A stretch of DNA of 64,000 bases from NCBI GenBank assembly GCA_951406725.2, contig OX597831.1, forward strand, positions 80,724,001-80,788,000, in the 5' to 3' direction. Each line of letters begins with the position of its first letter. Position 1 is the stretch's first letter. This document shows, piece by piece, positions 1 to 13,374 of this stretch. This DNA comes from Octopus vulgaris (lineage: Eukaryota). Position numbers and translations under genes: made by a program. The notes under the pieces are model-generated. The model was not told the origin of the DNA. It was given only the letters and a program-made list of their open reading frames with translations, and searched no databases.

Positions 1-241
1 TATATATATATATATACGCACACACACACATGCATGTGTGCATGCATGCGTGTGCATACACTAACACACACACACTGAGACATTTTAAATGCAGCCTTAA
101 AAATAAACAAATATATTAGGTAGAATTTTGTCTCTTGTTTTCATGCCAAAAGATTGCTTTTCACTTCCATAGAGAAGGACATTAATATCCAAACAGGTTT
201 TGCTTTAAAATTCCATTATGTTTTGCAGAGCTGTGACAGAT

Positions 242-297
<56 letters not shown>

Positions 298-303
<6 letters not shown>

Positions 304-474
304 CTTAATGAAGTGGTTCCATTAGAGAATGCCATTGTTTTCACATATACCAAAATTGTCGGCACTGACATGCCATACATACATACATACATATGCATTG
401 CGTGTCAGTGCCGACAATTTTGGTGTATGTGAAAACAATGGCATTCTCTAATGGAACACTTCATTAAGAACATA
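298..474. repeat. Fold-back hairpin, ~72-bp arms, abutting (TA)n
   Basis: 298-370 is the reverse complement of 403-474; the loop contains (TACA)n. Confidence 0.9.
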
Positions 475-1019
475 AGATGTCAAATCAAGAGGAAGTTGTG
501 GTGAGTGTGGTGAGTGGGATTATGGGAAGAATGCATTGGAATATAGATTATTGTTATGGGATAAAATTGGAGAGGAGTTGAAGATAAAATTTTGTATATG
601 TTTGTATATAAGCATGTGCGTGTGTGTATGTATATATATGTGTGTGTATGTATATATGCCTGTGTATATGTGTGTGTGTTAGCAAAGTGATGCTTGTTAC
701 ATTCCTTAAGTTTTTAGATTTTTATTTGCATTGTTAGTTACTTCGTGGCTAAACCGTGAGTTGTATGGTGACCCTCAGCTTATCAAAATTCCTTTTAATT
801 TTAATATGGGACGAAGTGTGTAGCTTATGTTGTTAATAAACTTGTGTTATCATATACTGTCCTCCATTTCTCCTCTGCTGTTCTTGCCGCATAAATGCTC
901 AAAGCCTGCTAACTTCCCACACTTGGATCGTTGGATTGTACTTACCTAATACTACTAGATATATGAATATAAATGAGTGTTTGTGTGAGAGTGCGTTTGT
1001 ATACATGTAAATACATACT

Positions 1020-1320
1020 GACAGGCAGACAAGAAAAAGTATGTGCTGTCATAGAGGTCAGTTGTCCAGCCAATGTGAATATCTCTTTGGAAATCAGAGA
1101 TAAAGAAGATATCTATGGTACCGCCAACTTCTATATCTGGATTACAAATTTACATTTATACCAATAAAAATTGGATCACTTAGTTTTATAAGTAAATACC
1201 TAACTGTCAGCCTGGATAAGGCTGGATTTTCAGAAAAAGATATCAACTGATTTGCACATTACAAATACAACCTGTAAGCGGAACAGTCAAACTATGCAAG
1301 ATTTTTCTAAGGTTTAGAAT
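1020..1320 (+). mobile_element. Fragment of RLE-type (R4/Dong/NeSL-like) non-LTR retrotransposon
   Basis: KVCAVIEVSCPANVNISLEIRDKEDIY and YKFTFIPIKIGSL resemble the C-terminus of a restriction-like endonuclease; frameshifted. Confidence 0.6.
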
Positions 1321-1763
1321 ATGACATTGTTTTTATCTACATTCCAGAAATTGAGCTTTTTATCTTTGTTAGAAACCAGCTCCTTGTTCAGAGGAAGAAT
1401 TTAAATGATTAAATACAGAAGAGACAGACAGACAGACAAACAGGTTAATAAGTTCAGTCCTGTTGCTAAGCAACCGGACAGAAAGTTGTTTGTGAAGCCT
1501 CACATCAACTGACATCTTTTTGATAAAACTGGGTGGATGAAAACTATACAGACAAAGCCTGTTGTTCGATACATTCTACCCTGAAGTCAAAAGGTACTGC
1601 TGCCTTGTCCTACTATGGTCAAACTGACTCTGTCTGAGAATTCCAGTAAGAGGACAGTAAGTGGCTGTGGAATCCCCAGGTATTTATATGTTAATTCAGG
1701 GACAGGTAACTCTGGTAATAGAACAAATGAATGCACATTGTTAAATCTGACAAGGAACCACAT

Positions 1764-1803
<40 letters not shown>

Positions 1804-1964
1804 GTGTGTGTGTTGTATGTATGCATATATATATATATAAATTAAATTAGATATATATATATATAGAGTAGACCCAAAAAAGAACAACAAACACAAAAAA
1901 CAACAATGCGAGGACGTGGTACATGTAAAGTATTAGCAGAAGCTCAGGGAAGGAAACAAATATG

Positions 1965-1999
1965 GTTTAATGTTTCGAGCAAAGCTCTTCTTCAGGAAC
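1965..1999 (-). ncRNA. Degenerate minimal hammerhead motif
   Basis: Reverse complement gttc-CTGAAGA-a-GAGCtttGCTC-GAAACatt-aaac. Stem III and the cleavage site are decayed. Confidence 0.35.
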
Positions 2000-3166
2000 A
2001 GAGGAAAGTTGAATAGAAAGGAAAACGGAGGAAGAAAATTGCCAACAATTCACATGTGGTTGTTCACACACATACCCACATGTGCTTGTGTGTGTGTGTA
2101 TGTGAGTATATGTATAGTGGAGGCGCAATGGCCCAGTTGTTAGGGCAGCAGACTTGCAGTCATAGGATCGCGGTTTCGATTCCCAGACCAGGTGTTGTAA
2201 GTGTTTATTAAGTGAAAACACTTAAAGCTCCAGCAAGGGGTGGTGGCGAACCCTACTGTACTCTTTCACCACAACTTTCTCTCACTCTTTCTTCCTGTTT
2301 CTGTTATAACTGTATTTCAAAGGGGTCAGCCTTGTCACACTCTGTGTCACACTGAATCTCCCCGAGAACTACATTAAGAGTACACATGTCTGTGGAGTGC
2401 TCAGCCACTTGCTCGTTAATTCCACAAGCAAGCTGTTCCGTTGATTGGATCAACTGGAAACTTCATCATCGTAACTCATGGAGTGCCGTAGTATATGTAT
2501 ATATGTATATGTCTCAAAAGAGAGTCATAGTACTGCAAGGGCAGTATAAACATTATAGATATATAAAGACAATATTTCAGTAAAATTACAATTAATAAAA
2601 TAAAAATTTTTAAATATTATGTAAATACTTAAACGTTTTCACCTCCCTCTATATATTTGTGGTTGTTGAGAATTCGTAACATGTGAGATGAAACAGAGAA
2701 TACCCAACAGTGTGTGTTTGTCCTCCCCACCCAACATCGCTTGACTACCGATGCTGGTGTGTTTACATACCCGAAACTTAGCAGTTTGGCAAAAGCGACT
2801 GATAGAATTAGCACTAGGCTTATAAATAGTAAGCCCTGGGGTCGATTTGCTCAACTAAATGTAGTGCTCCAGCATGGCCGCAGTCAAATGACCGACTCAA
2901 GTAAAAGAATAAAAGAATATGTATATATATATTATTTACATTATTTACATTTGATGGATATTTGTCCTCATCTTGTTTGTAGTTAACATGTTTCGGCTGA
3001 TATATATATATATACATATATATATACACACACATATATATATTTTTATATTTATCTATCTATCTAATATATATATGTGCATATCTATATATTTATATAC
3101 ATGTACGAACACACACACTTACATATATCTATTTATCTATCTATCTAATATATATCTATATACATG

Positions 3167-3229
<63 letters not shown>

Positions 3230-3254
3230 ACACATCTGTATATATATCTATCTA

Positions 3255-3289
<35 letters not shown>

Positions 3290-3291
<2 letters not shown>

Positions 3292-3510
3292 CAATTGCAG
3301 TGTGGAAGGTGTTTATAAGCCATTTGAAAAACACGCAAAAACCGTCTCAAAGTGATGAACATATTTTGTTAAATTAAATTTAAATGTTGAAGTGAATCGA
3401 AACGGTTTTTGTGTGTTTCTTAAATGGCTTATAAACACCTTCCACGCTGCAATTGTTTTCATTCCAGCACACGATCTCTGATCAGGTCACTTGCTATGCA
3501 AGTACATCTC

Positions 3511-3512
<2 letters not shown>
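3290..3512. repeat. Fold-back hairpin (~58-bp arms) plus tail between (TA)n tracts
   Basis: 3290-3347 pairs with 3398-3457. Confidence 0.85.
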
Positions 3513-3577
<65 letters not shown>

Positions 3578-4094
3578 CCTTGATATTCTTCCTTCCTCCC
3601 CACAGCATGTTCTGGGCGTTTTGTCGACGCACAAATATGTTGATGATACAATAATGAAAATATCATTATTATCACCAATGTTTGGCGTGATAATACCATT
3701 ATTTTGTGTTCTTTGATTCCACTTCTTCTTTTGCTGTCAGTCTGTTCTTTTCTCTTATCTTTTACCTTTTTTTTTTGTCTTGTTTTTTTCTTTCTTTTTT
3801 TTGCTTGGGTTTTTGTTACTCCTCATTGGCACTGCTCTCTTCCTTTCCTTCTCTTTCGCTCTCTTTCTCTTTCTTTTCGTAATGCTTTCTTTCTTTCTTT
3901 CTTTCTTTCTTATTCTTGGTTTTGCCAAAAATGAAAAAAATAAATCCTAAACATAAATAATAATAATAATGATAATAATAATAATAATAATGAAAAACCA
4001 CAAAGCAAAGAATGTGTTCTGCCTCTTGTGTGCCTGTAGTTTGTGGCATGCCTGAAGGAAGCTGCATAGCATGTCTGGCTGTCTGTATGTTTGT

Positions 4095-4895
4095 CGTCGT
4101 CGTTGTGTGCACATCACCTCACCGGCACTGCCGCCGCCACCACCACCACCACCGCACCACTGCCATCATCTCTGTCACCACCGGTACCTCCACCACCCTG
4201 CCATCGCCTCCACCGCTGCCACCACCACCACCACCACCACCACCACCACGTGTAGGGAAGTTGTGAGCCAGCTGAAGTTTGCCCGGGCCCTCTCTTACAC
4301 CACCACTAACCCAGCGCAACCACCACCACCACTACCGCCGCCACCATCTCTACCATTGTCACCATGGCATTCACTAACGCCCCCTGTCCCCATCCTGCCA
4401 TCCTTATCACTAGCACTACCAGTTCTCTTACCACCACCACCACCACCACAGTCATCATCTCCTCCACCATCATCACCCCTTTCGCTAACATTTCCACCCT
4501 ACCATCACTATTGCAATCCCCACCACCACCACACTGTGCCAGCAACCACCAGCACTCACTCATCACCACTACCACAATCATCATCATCGCCATCATCTCA
4601 CCACCACCACCACCATCACCGCTTTCGTAACATCTCCGTCCCCGCTACCATCACGCAATCACCACAAGCACCCCCTCATCACCATCCCCACCTCCATCGC
4701 CACTACTGCCACCACTTTCACTAACATCTCTATCCCCACCACCACCACCATCACTGCAATCACCCCTCGTCACCACCACCACCACCACTTTCACTAATAT
4801 CTCCATCCCCACCGCAACCACTCCTCTTCACTAACCCCACCATCACCATCGCTGCCGGCAGCACTGCCACCACCACCACCACCACCATCATCTTG
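4095..4895. repeat. Degenerate (CAC/CAT)n low-complexity tract
   Basis: Long imperfect trinucleotide tract; source of the spurious Pro/His/Thr ORFs. Confidence 0.9.
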
Positions 4896-5040
4896 CTCCA
4901 TCTCGTTTACCTTAGTTGGCACAGATGTTCATTTAACATGTAGCATCTTCTACCTTCATCTCTCACATTTTTCTTTTTTTTTTCTCATTCCTCTTTCTCT
5001 ACCATTTCTCTCTCTCTCTCTCTCTCTCTCCCTTCCCTCC

Positions 5041-5181
5041 CACCTCTGCCGATAAAACATTTGACAATACGAGACGCCCACAATGAGGTTTGAAACTACT
5101 GTCGGCCTCTTTGAATTATCAGTCAGTCTGACTAGCAGAGTTCTGCGAGGAACAACATCATCGACCTGGTCTGGTGTTCTT
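5041..5181 (+). other. Candidate upstream (5'UTR/first) exon of NAGS
   Basis: Non-repetitive, CpG-containing island after a (CT)n tract, ending at a strong CTT|GTGAGT donor. Contains ATG 5083 and 33 open codons. No transcript evidence. Confidence 0.3.
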
Positions 5182-6518
5182 GTGAGTTCTCTTTTGCTTT
5201 CAAACACAAAAACATAAATGATAAAACGAAAATCAGAGCCTTTTGTGACCACCCCTCCGTTAGAAAAAGAAGAAAAAAAACTCCTTTACCCCATAATTCC
5301 CGTTGTGATTATCTGTGTAAATAATAATAATTAAGAATTTTAGAGAGTCTCAGTAAAGGAAATAATAATACATCTAAAGTTTCTAATTAGTTGATATAAT
5401 TAAGTCAGTGTTTAGAACATAGATTGGGGGGTGGGGGAAACCGGGTTTCTTTTATAAATATTATAATAGAAAAGTTTGGATTTAAACGAGAGCATTTAAT
5501 ACTTATTAGCATCGTTAAATGATGCTGATGATGATGATGATGGCAGTGATGAAAAGTTTGGATGCAAACGCGAAAAACTTAAAAACTCAGGTAGTGTTGT
5601 AGACCGGAACTGTATCGGAACTATTTTGGTTGGTAGGAAACAAATGAGCTGCAAAAAACCAAAAAAAAAGTGTCTGGCACTAGAGATAGTTTTTGTCACA
5701 AATTTTATTATGTTTTCATTTTACTTGTTTTCTTCGTATTTTTGTTAAGAGATGACAGAAAGGCAGAGAGCAGAGGGTTTTAAGTGAATAATAATAATAA
5801 TAATAATCGCTTTGATATTATTACCTTTTGGTTGGCCTGGGTGGTAGGTGATACCATCCGTCTCTAGCACATGATTGCTTCTTTACCCTGGAAGGAAGCA
5901 AGGCATAGTTTATCTCGGCAGGATTTAAACTTAGAATGTAAAGAACAAGAACTATAATAACAACAATATTAATAAGAACAACAATAATAATAGTTTCTGA
6001 CATAAAGCAAGGCCAGAATTTGTGGTTTATTTTATTGAGCCCCAGAGGTATGAAAAAGGCAGTGTTGACCTCATTGAGTTTGAACTCGAACTGTAGATGT
6101 GCCTTAAATAAATTATTGCCAGGTGCTTCATCCCAGGGCTCTAATGGTTCTGCCAATCTACCACCTTAATAATAATAATAATAATGGTTATGATGATAAT
6201 AGTAATCTTTTCTGCTATAGGCACAAGGCCTGAGGTTTTGGGAAAGTGGGGTAGATGATCGAATTGAACCCCCATCCCCCCAGCGTGAGTAACTGGTACT
6301 TTATTTCTTTGCTTCTGAATGGATGAAAGGCAAAGTTGACCCCGGTGGAATTTGAACTCGGAAAACATAGCGACGGGTGAAATGCCTAGCAGTATTTCGC
6401 CCGGCAAGCTAACAGTTCTGCCAGTTTGGTGCTTTAATAATGATAATGCTAATAATAATAATAATAATAATGATGATGATGATTTATTTTGTTTGTCACC
6501 AGGGAAAAATATAAGAAA

Positions 6519-6889
6519 CTAGCAGTATCGCCCGGCGTTGTTCGGGTTTGTTTCGACGCCTTAGAATTGGAATTTTTGAAAAGTAAAAATTTTGCATTAT
6601 GTGAACATTTTTATGGTTGAAATACACCGAAAAATGGTGACACAGCAGTCAAAAAATCGTACAAAATAGGGATTTTCATAGAAAAAAAGCACCTTTTTGA
6701 TGTAAATAATTTTTGGTGTTAACATGGTCTGATTTGAATATTTTCTTCTACGGAAGGAAGAGCAAGCCTTCTTCTATCATACTCTCAATTTTGGTCAACT
6801 TGCGCCGCAGGGTCTCGAAGGAGATAGTGTTAGTTGAAGGCTACCAAACCTGCCACACACAGACAACTTCAGCTTTATATATAGAGAGA
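6519..6889 (-). mobile_element. Non-autonomous Helitron-like element
   Basis: Minus strand starts TCTCTCTATATATAAAGC and ends with a hairpin CCCGAACAACGCCGGG plus CTAG|T. Related copies at 16646-17007 and 31405-31705. Confidence 0.7.
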
Positions 6890-6964
6890 TTAGTGTCAAA
6901 ATTTACATTAGAAACTGAATGATGAAAGAAGAAAGTGAAAAACCCATAGTTTATGAATACACAT

Positions 6965-7008
<44 letters not shown>

Positions 7009-8969
7009 GACATACATATACATGGTATTTATTAAATATCGAACTAGACATAGTATATAAAAAATGTATGATGAAAAATGTGGTGGTTTCTGATATGGAA
7101 AGATCTCCAACTAATTTGCATATGTGTTTTTGTTATATGTTTATTTTTTAAAAATATTTAGAATATGATATATATATTTATATTGAATTATCATTTTTTG
7201 TTTTCTATTTTTTGTCGACTTTATTTTATTTGTTATGTGTTTTTGCTCTTAACATTATTTTTTTGTCATTTTGGTTTTTTTTTTACTATTTTTATCATTA
7301 TTGTTTTTGTTATTGAGAAGACATTTCCCAAAGAAATTGAATTATCGACTCTAAATGATAATTAGGAACCAGTGAATTTATGTTTTTGTCGGTTCATTTT
7401 TTTTTTGTTAGTCTTCTTTCTCCTTTAATTCCTTTTCTTCACCCTCTTTTTCTTCTTCATCATCATCATCATCATCTACTTCTGTGGTTTCTACCGTTGT
7501 TTCTTGTTGTTTTTTTTTCTTCATCTCCTGACATTATTCTTATTACTAGAATATAAATCAAAGCAAAGTGGTGGCTGTCACAGAGTTTTGGTAAGACAAG
7601 TGGAATTTAGTGACATCCAAGGAAATGTTATTGCATTTTTGCTTTCGCAATGATGTTTGCATCAAGATATGGTCAGACTTTGATTTTGTACTTCTGAACG
7701 TGGTGTTTGAAAGTAGGAAGGTTGATACACTAAGTGCCAGTTGTGTATTGGGGGTTTGTCCTTCATCAAAGCTATTTCAATTTGGTCTTAGAAAAAGAGA
7801 AGAAAAATGAAAGAAATAATTATTTTGAGTATGCTTATTTAAGTAGGAAGAACAGAACTGGAAGATGGTATTTCCCATGCCTTGGAAATGGCAGAATAAC
7901 CTGGGACTTTTTTTACATGGGGTTTATAGTGAATTACCCTAAGTGGACTACCCAGCTATTAGGGAGTCTAGTTATTAATTATTTATTTGTTTATTTATCA
8001 CTTTTTTTTGTAAGGTGGTCAGCTGGCAGAATTAACACGCTGGACAAAATGCTTAGCAGTATTTCACCTGTCGCTACGTTCTGAGTTCAAATTCTGCCAT
8101 GGTCAACTTTAACTTTAACCTTTCGAGGTCCATTAAATAAGTACCGGTCACGCAGTGGGGTCGATGTAATCGACTTAATCCCTTCCCCTAAATTTGAGGC
8201 CTTGTGCTTGCAGTAGAAAGGATTATCATTATTTATTTTTATTTATTTATTTTTCTAATATTTATGTATATAGGTGCAGGGGCAGCTATGTGGTAAGTAG
8301 CTTGCTTCTAAACCACATGGCTCTGGTTTCAGTCCCACTGCATGCCACTTTGGGCAAGTGTCTTCTACTATAGCCTCAGGCCGACCAAAGTCTTGTGAGT
8401 GGATTTGGTAGATGAAAACTGAAAGAAGCCTGTCGTATATCTATATATATATATATATACACACACATTTTTGTCTGTGTTTGTCCCCCCACCATTGCTT
8501 GACAACCATTGTTGGTGTGTTTACATCCCTGTAACTTAGTGGTTCTGCAAAAGAGACCAATAGAATAAGTACTAGGCTTACAAAGAATAAGTCCTGGGGT
8601 CGATTTATTCGACTAAAGGTGGTGCTCCAGCATGGCCGCAGTCAAATGACTGAAACAAGTAAAAGAGAATATAATCTTTTATATCCTAGTCAATTAGATC
8701 GACTCCAGTACATAACTGGTACTTAATTTATTAACCCCGAAAGGATAAAAGGTAAAGTTAACCTTGGCAGAATTTGAACTCAGAACGTAAAGACAGACGA
8801 AATACCACTAAGCATTTCACCCAGTGTGCTAACATTTCTGTCAGCTCACCACCATGTTGTAGTCTCCCCCCTTCATCAATGTAAACCCCACCTGTTTTGT
8901 GTCTTCTATCTCATCGTTTGACATTTTCCTTCATGTTTTGGTCCCTTTGTGGCCAATAGAAGAAATCAT

Positions 8970-10015
8970 TATTATTATTTTGAGTGAGAGAGCAGTGCAT
9001 GCCATCAAAGTGACACTGGGGTAAAATATACGAAGCCCAGTATACCCATCATGACTACCCGTCTGATAAGGGTACACCAAGCACATGCATCACGACCATA
9101 TGTGCGCGACATGGTGATCTCATATCAAGATAAACAGCACATGACCTTGCAGGTGGGGCCCTGTTAGAATTTTCTTCAGGTCGAGTAGCCCATCTCTGCT
9201 CAAAAGGTCTCTGAATAAGGGTTGTTTAAGGATGTTGAACGAAACACCCATGTTTCCAAACGGGAATTATCCAAACCCTGAAGATTCCTTCTCAATAAAT
9301 GGCTATGATGTTCCCCCACTACTTCTGCTCATGATCAGAGATGCACATATCGTCAGTCACTAAGGGACATGCTCAACTGGTTAAGGTCAAACAATTGACA
9401 AGCAAATCTGTGGCATTGAGCAGAATATTGGCTGTAGGCCATCTTTTATACCAAAACAAAACAATGTATTAAGATAACACTTCCAATCAGTTAAGATCAG
9501 AAGCCACAAGAGCCACTGTCTGGTACTGCATCAGGGCATTTATTATTATTATTGAGTGAGAGAGCAGTGCATGCCATCAAAGTGACAAGAGGCGGGGTAA
9601 AATATACAAAGCCCAGTATATCCATCATGACTACCTGTCTGATAAGGGTACACTAGGCACATGCATCACAACCAAATGTGCGCAACATGGTGATCTCATA
9701 TCAAGATAAATAGCACATGACCTTGCAGCTGGGGCCAAGCTAAAATTTTCTTCTGGTCGAGTAGCCCATCTCACTCAAATAGTCCGTGAATAAGGGTTAA
9801 GGATGTTGAACAAAACACCCCTGTTTCCAGAGGTGAATTATCCAAATCCCAAAGAATCCCTTTCAACACATGGCTATGTTCATGATCAGAGATGCACATA
9901 CCGCCAGCCACTAAGGGACATGCTCAACTGATTAAGGTCAAACAACTGACAAGCAAATCTGTGGTATTGAGCAGAACATTTGCTGTAGCCCATCTTTTAT
10001 ACCAAGACAAAATGT
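8970..10015 (-). repeat. Head-to-tail tandem pair of a ~560-bp (TAA)n-tailed element
   Basis: 8982-9540 and 9554-10012 are near-identical and separated by (TTA)n. An opposite-orientation 3' fragment at 62110-62310 is also embedded in (TAA)n. Confidence 0.8.
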
Positions 10016-10334
10016 TAATATTGTTGTTGTTGTTGTATTTTGGGATGGTCTTTTTTTTTTTCTGCCAAATAAAAACATGGACTATACATTTGTTCTTCTC
10101 TCTTATTCTAACTCATGTCCATTGTCTGGAAATCTTTCGGAGAATAGAATAAGCAGAACAAAAGCACACACAAAGACGAAAAGTGCCACTAAGGAAGTCA
10201 CAGATGTGTGATGAAAAAAAAAAGAAAATTTACCATCCCGAAATGCAACAATATGTTTCGACACACGACTTCACATCAAGGATCTTGCAACACAAATTCA
10301 TAAAATTATTATTATTATTATTATCATCATCATC

Positions 10335-10565
10335 AACTCATTAAGTCCCACTGTCCTATAAATAGGACACTAAATGAGAACATTAAATAAGCTATATCAC
10401 ATTGTCTCAGTGTCCTATTTATAGGACACCAAGTATTTCCATTTCCTGCTTGAAGTAAAGCAGTTTTAATAATTTTTTTCTTTCATTTTAACCTGTTTTC
10501 AATCATTTGTAAAAATTCAAAAGTGATATTCAGAAATTTAAGTACTCTGGGACTTAATGGGTTAA
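10335..10565. mobile_element. TTAA-bounded MITE; second copy 10992-11640 interrupted by an RTE-tail repeat
   Basis: TIRs AACyCATTAAGTCCC...GGGACTTAATGGGTTAA. The second copy breaks at ~11161 and resumes at 11611 (ATTCAGAAATTTAAGT). Confidence 0.65.
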
Positions 10566-11914
10566 AAACCAGTTTTCTAGAAACTTCTTTCAAAATTCTC
10601 ATTTTGTGTTTCCCTCATTAACTTGTGTTGGTTGAACTGTGTAAAATGCCGGAGAAAGGAACCTAGCTGCTTCTTATCATACATACCAATACATACATCT
10701 AACACAGGGTTTCTCAACCAGTTTTTATCTATCAACCCGATTTACTACTATTTTTTTCTGGTGGACCTCGATAGCCATTCCATGTTTATAAACTAGATTC
10801 CTAGAAACTACTTCCAGAATTCTTTTGTTATTCACACATTAATTTGTGTAAAATGTTAGAAAAAGGAACCTGTTTCTTGCTTTACATACCAATAGGTACA
10901 TCTAAAGCAGGGGTTCTCAACCATTTATTTTTATCTATTTACCACATTGATTACTATTTTATTCCGGTGGACCCCCATAGCAATTTGATGTTTAACCCAT
11001 TATGCCCCACTGTCCTATAAATAGGACACTAAATAAGCTATATCACATTGTCTTAATGTCCTATTTATAGGACACCGAGTATTTCCATTTCCTACTTGAA
11101 GTAAAGGAGTTTTCATAATTATTTCTTTCATTTTAATCTGTTTTCAATCATCTGTAAAAATTTGTGGCCGATGCCAGTGCCGCCCTGACTGGCTTCTGTG
11201 CCAGTGGCACGTGATCTGCTGTGTTTTAGGAGACCTATTGAGTCAAGTACATCAAAATAAATATCAAATGGAAACTGTAGTTGTGATACCTGTGCTGGTG
11301 GCACGTAAAAAGCACAATCCGAACGTGGCCGATGCCAGCACCGCCTTGACTGGCTACTGTGCCGGTGGCATGTAAAAAGCACCAACCGATCGTGGCCGCT
11401 GCCAGCCTCCCCTGGCACGTCTGCTGGTGGCACGTAAAAAGCACCCACTACACTCACGGAGTGGTTGGCATTAGGAAGCGCATCCAGCTGTAGAAACACT
11501 GCCAGATCAGACTGGGGCCTGGTGCAGCCTTCTGGCTTCCCAGACCCCGGTCAAACCGTCCAACCCATGCTAGCACGGAAAATGGACGTTAAACGATGAT
11601 GATGATGATGATTCAGAAATTTAAGTCCTCTGGGACTTCAAGCTGGTTGAATTGTTAACGCATCACACGAAATCTCAACAGCATTTCTTCCAGCTCTTTA
11701 TGTTATGTTTTGAGTTCAAATCCCGTCTCTAAGTTGAACCTTGCTGTTCACCCCTCCACTGTCAATAGAATATTACACCTGTCGAGCAATGGTGTCGCTG
11801 GAATCGATTAACCCGTTGCCCTCAAAACCTCTGGCCTGATGCCAAAACTTCAAACCATTATTATTGTTGTTGTCGGTATCGTTGTTATTACTATTGACAT
11901 TGTGTTCCCAACAG

Positions 11915-11962
11915 TTTCACGTAACCACTGCACACAACCGGATGCAACTGCATGTTTTTCAG
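11915..11962 (+). other. Candidate 48-nt 5'UTR exon
   Basis: ttcccaacAG acceptor and CAG|GTTAGA donor in a non-repeat patch; based on splice signals only. Confidence 0.2.
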
Positions 11963-12083
11963 GTTAGATGCATCATTGTCTCTTGTGGAATGCAGAAACT
12001 GCGCACGTCTGTTGCAACAACTGATGCTTTGTCGCATTTTGTTGTCTCTGCTTGATTCTTTCATTTTATACTTCATAAGTATG

Positions 12084-12128
<45 letters not shown>

Positions 12129-12847
12129 GGACATAGCTGTCTTCTAAGTTTTGGTGCCGGCTGATGTTTGTATAAAAAGCTCATGATGGGTGCCGGCTGT
12201 TTTCGGTTGCTGCGAGACTGTTGTCTAAAATTTGGGATGCATGAGGTGGTGGTGGTGGTGGTGGTAATGTGTGTGTGTGTGTTCAAATGATATGGCTACC
12301 TGTTCAGGGTCACCTGTTTCAGAGGACTTTTAGCTAAGGAACTGTTAGACTCCAGATATTTCTACCTTGGAAGTGCTATGTATTGACTGCATTGTGTTGG
12401 GGGGACGGGAAGGGGGCATATTTTGCTGGTTAAGGATAGACTCTGTCAATGGTGCCCTCAGTCGAGCTTGCCTGAGTTATGTACTGGGTTTCTCAGGTGA
12501 ATCTGCTTTCTGTGCACAGTTTCAATGTCTGAACATTGCTGACTGTGGGATGGACCCTACTATGAACCAAGACTATATAAGGGGTCCCCCAGACATCTTC
12601 CCTCGGTTGAGAAGTGAAGGGAGTTTTTCTTGATCTGGAGATTATAGCAAAAATAAACTATTTCAAGAATATGAATGAAAGGATTGAACACAGATATTTT
12701 TCTCTTTGGCCAAACCAGCATCTATTTCTTCAGTGTTCTTCTGTGGGCCAAAGAGTACAGCTGGCAGGGGGTACTTGCCCTTAACAGTCGAGGAATTCCT
12801 GGATCCGTGGGTTTTTTTTGCGAGAATCTCTCATTTCAAGCCTTACC

Positions 12848-12880
<33 letters not shown>

Positions 12881-12887
12881 GTATATA

Positions 12888-13338
12888 TATTACATACATA
12901 TAAGAGGGAATTACCACTATGTGGAAACCCTTACGCTAGAAGAAGATCCGCTATGGTCTTAAGCACTAAGAATTGTTCTCTAGAAAATTTAGCAAATACC
13001 AGAAATGTAAGCGAGCAAAGAAAATGAAAATTAAGTAAAATTACGTAATTTGTTGATAATGAAACATTTGTTTATGATTAATCAATATTTTTGTTACTTT
13101 TCAAATGTCTTGCTCACTTACGTTTCTGGTGTTTGCTAAATTTTCTAGAGAACAATTCTTAGTGGTTAAGACCATAGCGGATCTTCTTCTAGCGTAAGGG
13201 TTTCCACATAGTGGTAATTCCCTCTTATATGTATGTAATACTATTTAATGAACCTCAGTTTTTTAATATGCTAGACCACTGGTGTTAAATTGATGTTATC
13301 AAATTAATATCCAATTTTTCACCCTCATTTTAATTTTT

Positions 13339-13340
<2 letters not shown>
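12888..13340. repeat. Fold-back element: ~130-bp inverted arms plus ~100-bp unpaired tail, between (TA)n tracts
   Basis: 12888-13018 is the reverse complement of ~13110-13240. A related element lies at 34437-35300. Confidence 0.9.

Positions 13341-13374
<34 letters not shown>

Noticed and set aside
4012-4724. Pro/His/Thr-rich ORFs resembling extensin or mucin
   Set aside because: Open in several frames because of a (CAC)n tract; no splice or homology support.
12290-12830. Possible L1/Tx1 zinc-knuckle and RT scraps (SRAC…QCLNIAD; PLTVEEF)
   Set aside because: Too degenerate to call without a database search.
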